Below, piece by piece: positions 7,226 to 19,490 of a stretch of 32,000 nt of DNA. Source of the stretch: Haloferax volcanii DS2 (GTDB lineage: Archaea; Halobacteriota; Halobacteria; Halobacteriales; Haloferacaceae); NCBI RefSeq assembly GCF_000025685.1, contig NC_013967.1:2815758-2847757 (forward strand), read 5' to 3'. The position numbers were made by a program, and so were the translations under genes. The stretch's first letter is position 1, and each line of letters starts with the position of its first letter. Under the pieces are notes generated by a model. It worked only from the letters and a program-made list of their open reading frames with translations, was not told the origin of the DNA and made no database searches.

Positions 7226-8278
7226 TCAGACGATACCGAGCGCGCCGAGGACGCCGAAGAGCACGTCGCCGTAGACGAACGCGACGACGAGGCCGACGAA
7301 CATGGGGACGAGAAACGGGATGCCCGGGGAAATCCACACCGACTCGCGGGTCGTCACGAGGTCCAGTCCGCCGCGGAGTTTCTCCGGCGACGTGCCGTAG
7401 GCGCTGCCCTCGATGCTGTCGAGGAACTGGGCCGCGCCCCACGGGTCGTCGAACGACCCGCCAGAGTCGGCTTCGCGGCCGTCGTCTCCGGGGGCGTCTC
7501 CGCCGGCGGCGTCCGCGGTCTCGCCGTCGCCGTCGAAATCCGCCGACGCGCCGCCGTCGGTGGCCGCGCGGTGGACCGCGCCGTCGGTCGGGTCGAACGT
7601 CTCGCCGATGCTGTCGGGGTCGCGGAGGGTCTCGGGGCCCGCCAGCAGGTCCGCGAACGTGAGGCCGCGCCAGCGGAGGTACATCCGGAGCGCGTCGAGG
7701 TCGAGGCCGTTCCGCGTGACGCCCTCGGGCGACTCGAACAGGCGGCCGTGGGCCGTCGAGAGCGACGTCACGGAGACGCGGCGGCCGACGAACGAGATGG
7801 GGAACTCGAACTCGCCGTCGGCGAGGTTCCGGGCGGCGAGGAAAAGCGGGTAGGCGAGGCCGACGATGACCGTGTTCGTGAGAACCGTCATCGAGAAGAC
7901 GCCGAGGCGGGTGGTGGCGAGCGGGAACTCCGTCCCGGCGAGGGTGTAGCTGGGGAACGTCGGGAGCAGGACAGCGAACACCATGAGCGCCTTCGCGTCC
8001 GCGCCGCCGAAGCCGCCGAGCCGCCAGAACAGATACGAAAGCGGGACGACGAGACAGACGCTCACGCCGACGCGAATCAGGTAGAGCCGGTCGAAGACGG
8101 TCTCGGGCGGAAAGTGGCCGAGCAGTTCCCACGCGAGCAGAGCGATACCCAGCGCGGCCAGCGGATACCAGACGATGTTGGGGACGCGCCGCGTGCGAAC
8201 GTCGCGTACCGCGGTCCACGCGAGGACGGGGAGTACCGCCAACCGCAGGAGGTCGGGGAGCGTGCCGATACCGAACAT
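7226..8278 (-). CDS. pibD: Archaeal prepilin/preflagellin peptidase (A24 family)
   Basis: 350 aa, polytopic. First catalytic-Asp context AVRDVRTRRVPN and second GGFGGADAKAL. Contains a long acidic cytoplasmic insertion. Confidence 0.87.
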   Translation of the reverse strand: MFGIGTLPDLLRLAVLPVLAWTAVRDVRTRRVPNIVWYPLAALGIALLAWELLGHFPPETVFDRLYLIRVGVSVCLVVPLSYLFWRLGGFGGADAKALMVFAVLLPTFPSYTLAGTEFPLATTRLGVFSMTVLTNTVIVGLAYPLFLAARNLADGEFEFPISFVGRRVSVTSLSTAHGRLFESPEGVTRNGLDLDALRMYLRWRGLTFADLLAGPETLRDPDSIGETFDPTDGAVHRAATDGGASADFDGDGETADAAGGDAPGDDGREADSGGSFDDPWGAAQFLDSIEGSAYGTSPEKLRGGLDLVTTRESVWISPGIPFLVPMFVGLVVAFVYGDVLFGVLGALGIV

Positions 8279-8302
8279 ACCCGGAGACTGGGGGCAGGGG
8301 AG

Positions 8303-9261
8303 TTAGGTGTTCGGGACGGGTATCAATCCTGAAACCGGCCCCAGCGGCGGGTCAGAACGCCGCGAGTTCGACGAAGCCGACGAGCCGACCGAAAGCGAAA
8401 ACAGCGCCAGCGCGGCCGCGGGGACCCACACCGACCGCGAGCGCTGGTAGCCGACGGCGGCGAGTCCGAACGCGAGCGCCCACAAGACGTGTTCGACGCC
8501 GCCGGGAACGTCGACGAAGACGGTTCCGAAGACAACGAGACCGAGCAGTCCGAAGGCGAACACGGGGGCGAGCGTCGGTCGCGAGACGGGCCGAAGCGAG
8601 CGCTCGGCCGCGCTTCGGTACGTCACGCCGACCGCGACACAGCCGCAGACGGTCGCGACGAGGAGCAGGCCGAGGACGGTGACGCGCCACGGTTTCGGGA
8701 AGACGACCAGCGTGAAGGCGGCGTCCCGAAGCACCGACTGAAAGAACGTCGCGAGCGCGAGTCCGACCCGCGACGAGGCGAGGTCGAACACGGCCGCGAC
8801 GAGGAACCCGAAGCCGAGACCGGAGAGAACCACGTCTTCGGCGGCCCGTGCTGCCGCCGCTCCAACTGACGCCTCGGGGTGGTACGTCCACCCGACGAGC
8901 GCGGCGAGCGAGGCGTCGAAGCCGACCGCGAGGAGCGCGCTCGCGGCGACGACGGCGATCCCGGCGCGAGAGCCGCCGCCAGCGCGTCGGTGATGCGGGA
9001 GCGCTCGGGGAGACCGAACGACGGCGGGACACCGCGATAGCGCGCGTAGACGAGCGTCGGAACCGCGAGGCCGGCGACGTTCGGCGACGCGAGCGCGCCG
9101 ACTACCGGGACGCCGAGAAGTCTGAGCGACACCCAGTAGCTGGCCGCGCTCGCGGCTGCGAGACAGGCAAGAAACAGCCCGATTCGACCGAGTTCGGACG
9201 CTTCGCTGGGGTGCGAGCGGTCGGGTCGAAACGCGCGGACGGCGGTCGCGAACCTCGACAC
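8303..9261 (-). pseudogene. Polytopic membrane protein interrupted by a frameshift (frame A ~9261..8963, frame B ~8962..8303); weak CPBP/CAAX-protease-like motifs
   Basis: Frame A reads ..GRIGLFLACLAAASAASYWVSLRLLGVPVVGALASPNVAGLAVPTLVYARYRGVPPSFGLPERSRITDALAAALAPG and then turns into R/S/P-rich junk. Frame B is junk upstream, then reads GIAVVAASALLAVGFDASLAALVGW..AAEDVVLSGLGFGFL..HVLWALAFGLAAVGYQRSRSVW. The switch is at the C-run 8960..8962. Candidate GTG start at 9261, with an ATTTGT TATA-like motif at -24..-31. Confidence 0.5.
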
Positions 9262-9379
9262 GGGTGGAGCGACCGCGCCGCGGGACAAATCGCTGTCGGC
9301 TCGCGGCTCACTGCGCGGACATATGGCGGACCCACCGGTCACGGGTCGGCGCGTCGAAAGAAATGTGCGGGTGAGCGCC

Positions 9380-9769
9380 TTAGATGACGCGGTTCTGCAG
9401 GTAGTCGAGGTGCTTCGCGTTGTAGACGATCTTGACCTCGTCCTCGACCGGCGAACCGATGCAGGTGAGGCGGACGTTCTTCTCGTTGACTTCCTCGTCG
9501 GAGAGAATCTGCTGCATGTCCATGTCGATTTCGCCCTCCTTCACGATGGCTGCACAGTTCGCACAGGCACCTGCGCGGCAGCTGAAGGGCCAGTCGTAGC
9601 CCTGCGCCTCGGCGGCTTCCAGGATGTACTCGCCCTGGTTCACTTCCATCTCACCGTAGTCTTCGGCGTCGAGACCGGCGTCGGCGGCCTGCTCGAAGAG
9701 GCCGTCGTCGTCGAGGTCCCAGCCGTTGTCGTCGAGAACTTCGTAGTTGAGGTAGGTTACCGTGGGCAT
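9380..9769 (-). CDS. fdx: Halophilic plant-type [2Fe-2S] ferredoxin
   Basis: [22 protein letters not shown]..., the acidic N-terminal extension typical of haloarchaeal Fdx. Cluster motif [10 protein letters not shown]...LTC. Internal ATG chosen at 9769 (129 aa). Confidence 0.95.
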   Translation of the reverse strand: MPTVTYLNYEVLDDNGWDLDDDGLFEQAADAGLDAEDYGEMEVNQGEYILEAAEAQGYDWPFSCRAGACANCAAIVKEGEIDMDMQQILSDEEVNEKNVRLTCIGSPVEDEVKIVYNAKHLDYLQNRVI

Positions 9770-9816
9770 CGACAGAGGATTCGAAGGCCACCCCATTAGA
9801 CTTTGCTGTTCCGTGC

Positions 9817-9828
9817 GCCGAATTCGGC
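9817..9828. promoter_or_regulatory. 12-bp perfect palindrome GCCGAATTCGGC (copy 2 of 2), in the fdx 5' region
   Basis: Lies 48-59 nt upstream of the fdx ATG. It is 24 nt from a TTTATTA motif (9853..9859), which reads TAATAAA on the fdx strand, so the palindrome falls near the predicted TSS. Confidence 0.35.
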
Positions 9829-9909
9829 CCGCGTTCCGGCGGCGACCGCCCGTTTATTACATTTTTGACCGTGATGATTGCAGAATGACAGGTGCGACGG
9901 GTGCACGGG

Positions 9910-11070
9910 TCAGACAATGCCGGCGGAGAACAGCGCGTACGACGCGAGGGCCGAAAGCGAGGGCGTGAGCATCCAGAAGAAGATGACCCGCCCGGTCGTG
10001 CCGGGGTCGAACAGGTCCTGCGCGGAGAGTTCGTCGGGGGCTTCCTCGCCCATCTTCGGCACCTCGTCCTCGCGTTCGACGGTGAGGGCATTGACCGATA
10101 CCTGCGGGGCCTCGCCGCCGCTCAGGGCCTCGCCGAGAGTGACAGTTCGGGTCGCCCGTCCCCAGCCGAGGCCGACGATGCACATCGTCGCGCTCACGGC
10201 GAGGCTGGCGGGGATACCGATGGCCGACAGGAAGGAGATGAGCGACGCGCTCACCGTCTCGACGATGAGCGCCGCGAGGATGGGCAACTGCGTGAGGTCG
10301 TTGCCGACGGTGTCGAGCGTCCGACGGGCGATGGTGAACGCGCCGAGGCCGATAGCGCCGCCGGCGATGAGGATGCCCGTATTCATCTCGAGCGCGCCGT
10401 TGCCGACGAGCGGGGCGACCGCGTTGGCGACGTTCGACGCGCCCGCGGAGAACGCCATGTAACAGGCGACGACGACGACGAGGACGGTGCTGCCGAACTC
10501 GCGGTAGGTCGTGTTCGGGCCGAGTCGCGGCCGCGGGAAGCCGCCGTCGCGGTCGAGCCTGACGAGGGCACCGGGGCTCTGGTCGAGTTTGAGCCACGCA
10601 TCGAGGTAAGGGTAGATGTACCGACCGATGACCGCGCAGATCCAGAAGGCGATGACGGGCGCGACGATCCACCACGAGATGATTTCGAGCATCACGCGGG
10701 AGTCGAGCGACCCGTTGGCGAGGCCGAGACCCGCGATGGCCCCGACCGCCGTCATCGACGTGGAGGCGGGGACGCCGAAGGTGTTAGAGACCAACAGCGC
10801 GAGGCCGACGAAAAAGAGGACGGCGACGCTCGCCGCGAGGGTGAACTCGCTTTGCGGGACGATTTCGCCGCCCATCTTGGCGACGACCTCCCTCCCGAGC
10901 GTCCACCCGCCGAGGAGCGCGAACCCCGTCATCAGGGCCGCTGCGGCGAGTTTCCCGAGCACACCGCTCCCGACCGCGGGACCGAAGGAGACCCCCGTGG
11001 ACGAGCCGCCGATGTTGAACCCGACGAACACTGCCACCAGGAGACCGACGAAGAGGAGTGCTTCTACCAC
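9910..11070 (-). CDS. pitA: Inorganic phosphate transporter, PiT family
   Basis: 386 aa, polytopic. Duplicated PiT signature-like segments NIGGSSTGVSFGPAVGS and SAGASNVANAVAPLVG. GTG start. CTTTTATTGC TATA-like motif at -29..-20. Confidence 0.88.
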   Translation of the reverse strand: MVEALLFVGLLVAVFVGFNIGGSSTGVSFGPAVGSGVLGKLAAAALMTGFALLGGWTLGREVVAKMGGEIVPQSEFTLAASVAVLFFVGLALLVSNTFGVPASTSMTAVGAIAGLGLANGSLDSRVMLEIISWWIVAPVIAFWICAVIGRYIYPYLDAWLKLDQSPGALVRLDRDGGFPRPRLGPNTTYREFGSTVLVVVVACYMAFSAGASNVANAVAPLVGNGALEMNTGILIAGGAIGLGAFTIARRTLDTVGNDLTQLPILAALIVETVSASLISFLSAIGIPASLAVSATMCIVGLGWGRATRTVTLGEALSGGEAPQVSVNALTVEREDEVPKMGEEAPDELSAQDLFDPGTTGRVIFFWMLTPSLSALASYALFSAGIV

Positions 11071-11149
11071 GGAACTACCAACTGGCGCGGCAATAAAAGG
11101 AATGGCGGTCGGTGGCCGGCCAGTCCGCCGACGCGGCGGCCGGGAACGA

Positions 11150-11164
11150 CTCGCCCGAGGCGAG
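11150..11164 (-). terminator. Hairpin CTCGCC-CGA-GGCGAG downstream of the metY stop
   Basis: 6-bp stem with a 3-nt loop, 11-25 nt after the stop at 11175. A T-rich run follows further downstream on the minus strand. Function is uncertain, since archaeal termination relies mainly on oligo-T. Confidence 0.25.
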
Positions 11165-11174
11165 CGCGCTCAGT

Positions 11175-12470
11175 TCAGTTCGACGCGGCGCGAATCGCCT
11201 GGTCGAGGTCGTCGACGATGTCGTCGACGTCCTCGATGCCGACAGACAGGCGGACCATGTCGGGCGTGACGCCCGCGGCGGCCTGCTCGTCGTCGGTGAG
11301 TTGCTGGTGCGTCGTGGACGCCGGGTGGATGACGAGCGTCTTCGCGTCACCGACGTTGGCGAGGAGCGACGCGAGTTCGACGTTGTTGACGGTGCCCTTG
11401 GCGGCCTCGTAGCCGTCGGTGAGGCCGAAGGTAATCATGCCGCCGTAGCCGCCGTCGAGGTACTTCGACGCCTCCTCGTGGGTCTCGTGGGAGTCGAGGC
11501 CGGGGTAGTTCACCCACGACACCTTCTCGTGGTCGTCTAAGAACTCCGCGACGGCCTGCGCGTTCTCGCAGTGGGCGCGCATCCGAAGCGGGAGCGATTC
11601 GAGCTTTTCGAGCGTCTGCCACGCGTCGAACGGCGACTGGGCGTTGCCGAGGTCGCGCAGGCCGCGGGCGATGGCGGCGTAGGTGAAGCCGGCGGGGCCG
11701 AACGTCTCGTCGAAGTTGACGCCGTGGTACGCCGGGTTCGGCTTGGCGATTTCGGGGTAGTCGTCGGCGTACTCGTCCCACGGGAAGCTGCCGCCGTCGA
11801 CGAGGATGCCGCCGATGGTCGTGCCGGCCCCGTGAATCCACTTCGTCGTCGACTCCCAGACGAGGTCAGCGTCGTGTTCGATGGGGTTGCAGAGGTAGGG
11901 CGTCGCGAACGTGTTGTCGACGAACAGCGGCGTCCCGTGGTCGTGGGCGACCTCCGCGATGGCCTCGATGTCGGGCGTCACGAGCGCCGGGTTGCCGATG
12001 GTTTCGAGGTGGACGAACGCGGTGTCGTCGTCGATGGCCGCCTCGTAGGCGTCCACGTCGAGGGTGTCCACGAACCGGGTCGTGACGCCGCGGCGCTCGA
12101 CGGTGTGGGTGAGGTAGGTGTAGGTCCCGCCGTACAGCGACGACGCGGAGACGATGTTGTCGCCGGCCGAGGCGAGCAGGAAGGTCGCGAGGTCGAACGC
12201 GGCCATCCCGGACGACGTGGCGACCGCACCCACGCCGCCTTCGAGCGAGGCGAGGCGCTCCTGTAACATCCCGACGGTCGGGTTCATCAGCCGCGAGTAG
12301 ATGTGACCCGGCTTTTCGAGGGCGAACTGCGCGGCCGCGTCGGCGGCGTCGTCGAAGACGTACGAGGTGGTCTGGTACAGCGGCGGGGCGCGCGCGCCCG
12401 TCGCGTCGTCGGGGCTCTGACCGGTGTGGAGGCTCCGCGTGTGGAAGCCCGGGCTGTCGTCGTCGCTCAT
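11175..12470 (-). CDS. metY: O-acetylhomoserine sulfhydrylase (Cys/Met-metabolism PLP enzyme), paralog 1
   Basis: [17 protein letters not shown] and the PLP-lysine context ESTTKWIHGAGT. Internal ATG chosen at 12470 (MSDDDSPGFHTRSLH), supported by a TATA element at -31..-24. Confidence 0.9.
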   Translation of the reverse strand: MSDDDSPGFHTRSLHTGQSPDDATGARAPPLYQTTSYVFDDAADAAAQFALEKPGHIYSRLMNPTVGMLQERLASLEGGVGAVATSSGMAAFDLATFLLASAGDNIVSASSLYGGTYTYLTHTVERRGVTTRFVDTLDVDAYEAAIDDDTAFVHLETIGNPALVTPDIEAIAEVAHDHGTPLFVDNTFATPYLCNPIEHDADLVWESTTKWIHGAGTTIGGILVDGGSFPWDEYADDYPEIAKPNPAYHGVNFDETFGPAGFTYAAIARGLRDLGNAQSPFDAWQTLEKLESLPLRMRAHCENAQAVAEFLDDHEKVSWVNYPGLDSHETHEEASKYLDGGYGGMITFGLTDGYEAAKGTVNNVELASLLANVGDAKTLVIHPASTTHQQLTDDEQAAAGVTPDMVRLSVGIEDVDDIVDDLDQAIRAASN

Positions 12471-12493
12471 GACCCGAACGTCGACCCGGACGG

Positions 12494-12501
12494 GGCTAAA
12501 G
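12494..12501 (-). promoter_or_regulatory. TATA-box-like element (CTTTAGCC on the minus strand) for metY paralog 1
   Basis: Position -31..-24 relative to the ATG at 12470. Confidence 0.45.
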
Positions 12502-12602
12502 CACGGCGTCGGTCGCAATTCCCGCCGGGTTCTGCGACACGGTAGCGATTCACAAGAAACCCCTGAGAACCGAGGGTCGTCCCCGCGTCGCCCCCCCGCG
12601 GC

Positions 12603-13850
12603 TCAGCGCGAGAACAAAGAGGAGTGGACCGGGGCGAAGTCCTCGTCCTCGTCGGGTTCGCCGCCGTCGGGTGCGGTGTCGGTCACGGCGCGGCCCGCGA
12701 CGCCCTCGTCGACGAAGTCAGCGAGCGGCGGGCCGACCTTCTCGGGTTCGACGAGGAAGGCGTCGTGGCCGTGGTCGGACTCGACGACGTGGTGGGCGAC
12801 CGGCACGTCGCCGCGGCGGAACGCGCCCGCCAGCGACTCCGACTGCTCGGTCGTGAAGTGCCAGTCGCCGGTAAAGGAGACGAGGAGCGCCTCGCCCTCG
12901 AAGGCGGCGAGCGCGGCCGCGTCGGACTCGTAGCCCTCCGAGAGGTCGAAGTCGTCCATGGCGCGCGTGAGATACAGGTACGCGTTGGCGTCGAAGCGCT
13001 CTGCGAACTTCTCGGCCTGATAGTCGAGGTAGGACTCGACCTCGCGGTACGGGAAGAAGGACGCCGCGGGGTCCGACGGGAAGGCGTCGCCGCGCTCGCC
13101 GCGACCCGCGGAGCGCCGGCCGAACTTGCGCTCCATCGAGTCCTTCGAGAGGTACATCAGGTGGCCGAGTTGGCGGGCGAGGCCGAGACCCGCGTCGGGC
13201 GAGGGGCGCTCTTCGCCGTAGTAGTCGCCGCCGTTCCAGTTCGGGTCCGAGGTGATGGCGCGGCGGGCGACGGCGTCGATACCGAGACACTGCGAGTCGA
13301 GGCGGGCCGCCGAGGCGACGACCGCGAGGCGCTCCACGTCGTCGGGGAACTGCACGGCCCAGTCGAGGGCGTTCATGCCGCCGACGGAGCCGCCGACGAC
13401 GGCGTGTAGGCGGCCGACGCCGAGGTGGTCGAGCAGGCGGCGCTGGGCGCGGGTCCAGTCGTGGACGGTGACCGGAGGGAAGTCCGTGCCCCACGGCTCG
13501 CCGTCGGGACCCTCGCTGGCCGGGCCGCTCGTGCCGTAACACGACCCCGGGACGTTCACGCAGATGACGTAGTAGTCGTTCGTGTCGATGGCCTTGCCCG
13601 GCCCGACGATGTCGCCCCACCACGCGCGGGCCTGCCCGGAGACGCCCGACTCGGTGCCGTGGCCGGCGACGTGCTGGCTCCCGGTGAGACCGTGACAGAC
13701 GAGGACTGCGTTCTGTCCGTCGAACTCGCCGTAGGCCTCGTAGGCGACTTTCAGGTCGGGCAGTATCTCGCCCGACTCGAACTCGTGTTCCCCGATGTCG
13801 ACGACATCGGATTCGACCCGCCGGCCGGGCGTGGTTCGGGTACGGCTCAT
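12603..13850 (-). CDS. metX: Homoserine O-acetyltransferase
   Basis: Alpha/beta-hydrolase with nucleophile elbow [12 protein letters not shown] and an N-terminal region ([14 protein letters not shown]) typical of MetX. The ATG at 13850 overlaps the upstream gene's stop (ATGA). The rest of track ORF 12603..14360 is out-of-frame junk. Confidence 0.92.
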   Translation of the reverse strand: MSRTRTTPGRRVESDVVDIGEHEFESGEILPDLKVAYEAYGEFDGQNAVLVCHGLTGSQHVAGHGTESGVSGQARAWWGDIVGPGKAIDTNDYYVICVNVPGSCYGTSGPASEGPDGEPWGTDFPPVTVHDWTRAQRRLLDHLGVGRLHAVVGGSVGGMNALDWAVQFPDDVERLAVVASAARLDSQCLGIDAVARRAITSDPNWNGGDYYGEERPSPDAGLGLARQLGHLMYLSKDSMERKFGRRSAGRGERGDAFPSDPAASFFPYREVESYLDYQAEKFAERFDANAYLYLTRAMDDFDLSEGYESDAAALAAFEGEALLVSFTGDWHFTTEQSESLAGAFRRGDVPVAHHVVESDHGHDAFLVEPEKVGPPLADFVDEGVAGRAVTDTAPDGGEPDEDEDFAPVHSSLFSR

Positions 13851-15166
13851 CGCTCCTCCGCGTCCCCGTCGGCCTGCTGACGCAAGGCGTGTTCGATTGC
13901 CCGGTCGAGGTCGTCGATGATGTCGTCGGCGTCCTCGATGCCGACCGACAGCCGGAGCATATCGGGGGCGACGCCCGCGGCGCGCTGTTCGTCCATCGAG
14001 AGCTGGGCGTGCGTGGTCGAGGCGGGATGGATGAGCAGCGTCTTCGCGTCGCCGATGTTGGCGAGGAAGCTCACGAGGTCGACCGACTCGCAGACGGTCT
14101 TGGCGGCCCCGTAGGCCGCCTCGTCGTCCTCGCCGTCGAGGCCGAACGTGACCATGCCGGCGTAGCCGCCCTGCAAGTACTTCGAGGCGAGGTCGTGGGT
14201 TTCGTGGTCCTCGAAGCCGGGGTGGGTGACCCACGCGACGCCGTCGCGGTCGCGGAGGAACTCGGCGACGCGGCGGGCGTTGTCGCAGTGGGCGCGCATC
14301 CGGAGCGCGAGCGTCTCGACGCCCTGGAGGGTCTGCCACGCGTCGAACGGCGACTGGCAACTGCCGGTGCTCCTGACGGCGCGCTGGCGGACCGCCTCGG
14401 CGAAAGCGCGCTCACCGAATCGCTCGACGAAGTCGACGCCGAACGCGGGGTTCTCGCCGGAGAGTTCGTCGTAGTCGGCCGCGTCCCACGGGAAGGTGCC
14501 GCCGTCGACGACGACGCCGCCGACGGTCGTACCGGAGCCGTGGAGCCACTTCGTCGTGGACTCCCAGACGATGTCCGCGCCGTGTTCGATGGGCCGACAG
14601 AGCGCGGGCGTGGCGAACGTGTTGTCCACGACGAGCGGGACGCGGTTCTCGTGGGCGACCTCGGCGATGGCCTCGAAGTCCGGCGTCTTCAGCGAGGGGT
14701 TCGCCACCGTCTCGACGTGGACGAAGGCGGTGTCCTCGTCGATGGCGTCCTCGTAGGCGTCCACGTCGAGCGTCTCGACGGTCCGGGATTCGATGCCGCG
14801 CCTGACGGCGGTCTTCGAGAAGTACGAGGCCGTGCCGCCGTACATGTCCTCCGAGAGGACGACGTTGTCACCGACTGACGCGAGGACGGTCGTGAGCGCG
14901 TCGAGCGCGCCCATGCCCGAGGCGGTGGCGACCGCGTCGACGCCCGCTTCGAGGGCGGCGAGGCGGCGTTCGAGGATGCGAGTCGTCGGGTTGGAGATGC
15001 GGGAGTAGACGTCGCCGTCGGCTTCGAGGGCGTACAGGTCCGCGGCGTGGTCCGCGTCGTCGAAGACGTACGACGTGGTCTGATAGAGTGGCGGGGCGCG
15101 GGCCCCTGTCGCCGGGTCCGGGTCCTGTCCGGCGTGGAGGCCGAGCGTGCGGAAGCCTCGGTTCAT
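13847..15166 (-). CDS. metY: O-acetylhomoserine/O-acetylserine sulfhydrylase (Cys/Met-metabolism PLP enzyme), paralog 2
   Basis: 439 aa. [29 protein letters not shown]. By eye roughly 60% identical to paralog 1. Confidence 0.9.
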   Translation of the reverse strand: MNRGFRTLGLHAGQDPDPATGARAPPLYQTTSYVFDDADHAADLYALEADGDVYSRISNPTTRILERRLAALEAGVDAVATASGMGALDALTTVLASVGDNVVLSEDMYGGTASYFSKTAVRRGIESRTVETLDVDAYEDAIDEDTAFVHVETVANPSLKTPDFEAIAEVAHENRVPLVVDNTFATPALCRPIEHGADIVWESTTKWLHGSGTTVGGVVVDGGTFPWDAADYDELSGENPAFGVDFVERFGERAFAEAVRQRAVRSTGSCQSPFDAWQTLQGVETLALRMRAHCDNARRVAEFLRDRDGVAWVTHPGFEDHETHDLASKYLQGGYAGMVTFGLDGEDDEAAYGAAKTVCESVDLVSFLANIGDAKTLLIHPASTTHAQLSMDEQRAAGVAPDMLRLSVGIEDADDIIDDLDRAIEHALRQQADGDAEER

Positions 15167-15199
15167 GTATGAGGTGCATAATCTTCGACAGAGGAATAA

Positions 15200-17497
<2,298 letters not shown>

Positions 17498-17526
17498 AAC
17501 GGTCAATCGGTTCGCTGAGACGGGCG

Positions 17527-17544
17527 CTGAGGCGACCGCCTCAG
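17527..17544. terminator. Inverted repeat CTGAGGCG-AC-CGCCTCAG between convergent ligN and the ABC permease
   Basis: 8-bp perfect arms, 30 nt after the ligN stop and 17 nt after the permease stop. Candidate bidirectional 3'-end structure. Confidence 0.3.
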
Positions 17545-17560
17545 GCCCGGTACGTCGGCC

Positions 17561-18484
17561 TCAGAGGTCGGCCTTCTCGAACGCCCGGTAGCCGAGCAGC
17601 GGCGGGACGACAATCCACGCGACGAGGATGGCGAGGATGAACGGCCCGGTGAAGTAGAACGGCAGCGACTGCGAGAACGTCGATTCGATGGTGAGTCGCT
17701 CGGCGAGGCCGGCCTTGAACAGGCGGGCGGCGACCGCGGGCCCGTACAGCTCCGCGACCAGCGTCTCGTAGGCCCGAAGCGGGTTCAGGTACTTGATGAA
17801 AAGCCGCATCTGGACGATTTGCGGCGCGGTCAGCGCGGTGAGACCGAGCTGTTCGACGACCCAGTTGACGAGCCGCGGGACGCCCGTGGCGACCGTCGAC
17901 CAGAGGACGGCGAAGATGAAGTACAGCCCGACGGTGCCGAACAATGCCTGCCGCTGGGAGGCCGAGGTCGCAGAGAGCCAGACGCCGATGGAGACGAACG
18001 CCGTGGCGAGCAGTCCCGAGAGGGCCACCTGCCCGGCGTAGGAGACGAACATGACCTGCCCGCCGGTGAACAGCATCGCGAAGAGGGCGACGACGAAGCC
18101 GACGAGCATCGAGACGAGGACGACGAGCGTGCGGCCGACCAGCTTTCCGAACACCACGTCGCGCCGGGAGTTCGGCAGCGACAGCAGGAGCTTGATGGTG
18201 CCCGACTCGCGCTCGTCGATGAGCGAGCCGTGGGCCGTCACGAGCGCGATGAGCGCGAGGACGAACCCGAGCATGCCCGCGTACGAGAAGTTGAACAGCC
18301 CGCCCGGGGCGGTCGTGAGGCCGAACAGCGTCTCGGAGTTCGCGCCCGCGCCCGAGAGCAGGACGCCGTAGAACAGCGCCGTCGACCCGCCGATGAGCAG
18401 GGCGAAAAACAGCGTCAGCCCGAGGAGCCACCGCGACCGGAGGGCGTCGCGGAAGTCCTTGCGCGCGACGGATTCGAGCGTCAC
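17561..18484 (-). CDS. ABC-2 type transporter permease
   Basis: 307 aa with about 6 hydrophobic segments. Its start overlaps the stop of the upstream ATPase gene by 4 nt (18481..18484). Confidence 0.85.
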   Translation of the reverse strand: MTLESVARKDFRDALRSRWLLGLTLFFALLIGGSTALFYGVLLSGAGANSETLFGLTTAPGGLFNFSYAGMLGFVLALIALVTAHGSLIDERESGTIKLLLSLPNSRRDVVFGKLVGRTLVVLVSMLVGFVVALFAMLFTGGQVMFVSYAGQVALSGLLATAFVSIGVWLSATSASQRQALFGTVGLYFIFAVLWSTVATGVPRLVNWVVEQLGLTALTAPQIVQMRLFIKYLNPLRAYETLVAELYGPAVAARLFKAGLAERLTIESTFSQSLPFYFTGPFILAILVAWIVVPPLLGYRAFEKADL

Positions 18485-19461
18485 GCCGCCACCTCCGGTT
18501 CGTCGGCCGGGTCGTCGCCCTCGGTGTACGCGAGGAAGATGTCCTCCAGCGACGCGGAGTCGGTCTCGAAGTCGGCGACGGTCGCACCGTCGGCCTCGAC
18601 GGCCTCGATGACGCGGGTCTTGGCGTTGTCGGTACAGCCGACGACGAGGCGGTCGCCGTCAGATTCGACCGACGAGACGCCGTCGAGCGCGCGGACCGCG
18701 TCGAGGTCGGCGTCGCCGTCGACGTCGATGCGGAGCACCGCCTCGGCGTCAACGCGGTCGCGGAGGCCCTCGATGGTGTCCTCGGCGATGAGTTCGCCGT
18801 CGCGCATGATGCCGACGCGGTCACAGACCGCTTCGACCTGTGCGAGGACGTGACTGGAGAAGAACACCGTCGCGCCGCGGTCGGCCTCGGTGCGGACGAT
18901 GTCGCGCATCTCGCGCGCGCCGGCGGGGTCGAGACCGGAGGAGGGCTCGTCGAGGACGAGGAGGTCGGGACTGCCGGCGAGCGCCATCGCGAGCGCGAGG
19001 CGCTGGGACATCCCCTTGGAGTAGCCGCCGGCGCGGCGGTCGGCCTCGTCGGGGGTTAAGCCGACGCGGGAGAGCAGTTCGTCGGGGTCGTCGTCGGCTT
19101 CCTTGGACTCGATGGCGAACTCGACGTGTTCGCGCCCGGTGAGCCGGTCGTACACCTCGTAGCCCTCGGGGAGTACGCCGGTCCGACGACGGACGGCCAC
19201 GCTCTCGGCCTGCGCGTCGTGTCCGAGCACGTGGACGGACCCGCTCGTCGGACGCACGAAGTCGAGAAGCATGTTGATCGTCGTCGATTTTCCAGCACCG
19301 TTGGGACCGAGAAACCCGAAGACCTCCCCTTCGGCGACGGAAAACGAGAGGTCGTCAACGGCGGTGACGGTGTCGGGTTCGGACGACGGGAGGAGGGTAT
19401 CGAACAGTCCCTCGTCGTCTTCGAACCGTTTCGTCACCCCGTTTAGTTCGATGGCGGCCAT
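18481..19461 (-). CDS. ABC transporter ATP-binding protein
   Basis: Walker A GPNGAGKST, signature YSKGMSQRLAL, Walker B LLVLDEPSSGLD, H-loop SSHVL, plus an extra C-terminal domain of about 100 aa. Confidence 0.93.
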   Translation of the reverse strand: MAAIELNGVTKRFEDDEGLFDTLLPSSEPDTVTAVDDLSFSVAEGEVFGFLGPNGAGKSTTINMLLDFVRPTSGSVHVLGHDAQAESVAVRRRTGVLPEGYEVYDRLTGREHVEFAIESKEADDDPDELLSRVGLTPDEADRRAGGYSKGMSQRLALAMALAGSPDLLVLDEPSSGLDPAGAREMRDIVRTEADRGATVFFSSHVLAQVEAVCDRVGIMRDGELIAEDTIEGLRDRVDAEAVLRIDVDGDADLDAVRALDGVSSVESDGDRLVVGCTDNAKTRVIEAVEADGATVADFETDSASLEDIFLAYTEGDDPADEPEVAA

Positions 19462-19483
19462 GGGCGGGCCTGCGTCGCACTGC

Positions 19484-19490
19484 CTTAAAG
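19484..19490 (-). promoter_or_regulatory. TATA-box-like element (CTTTAAG on the minus strand) for the ABC operon
   Basis: Position -23..-29 relative to the ATG at 19461; close to the TTTAWA consensus. Confidence 0.5.

Noticed and set aside
6749-8332. 527-aa plus-strand ORF, and similar very long ORFs in the track: 14..1141 part of 14..1837, 2770..3831(-), 4276..5310(+), 9892..11412(+), 12718..13623(-), 15368..16957(-), 17541..18824(-), 17819..18853(+), 20201..21328(+), 21841..23424(-), 22350..23480(+), 26904..28433(+), 28697..29527(-)
   Set aside because: They run antisense to, or out of frame with, genes that have clear family motifs. Their products are R/G/P/A/S-rich low-complexity strings, and several start at GTG. 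These are typical shadow ORFs caused by the scarcity of stop codons in GC-rich DNA.
9871-9915. GTGATGA (C-box-like) followed by ATGACA and TCAGA, suggesting a C/D-box sRNA
   Set aside because: No CTGA D or D' boxes at the required spacing, no terminal stem, and the region overlaps the pitA 3' end.
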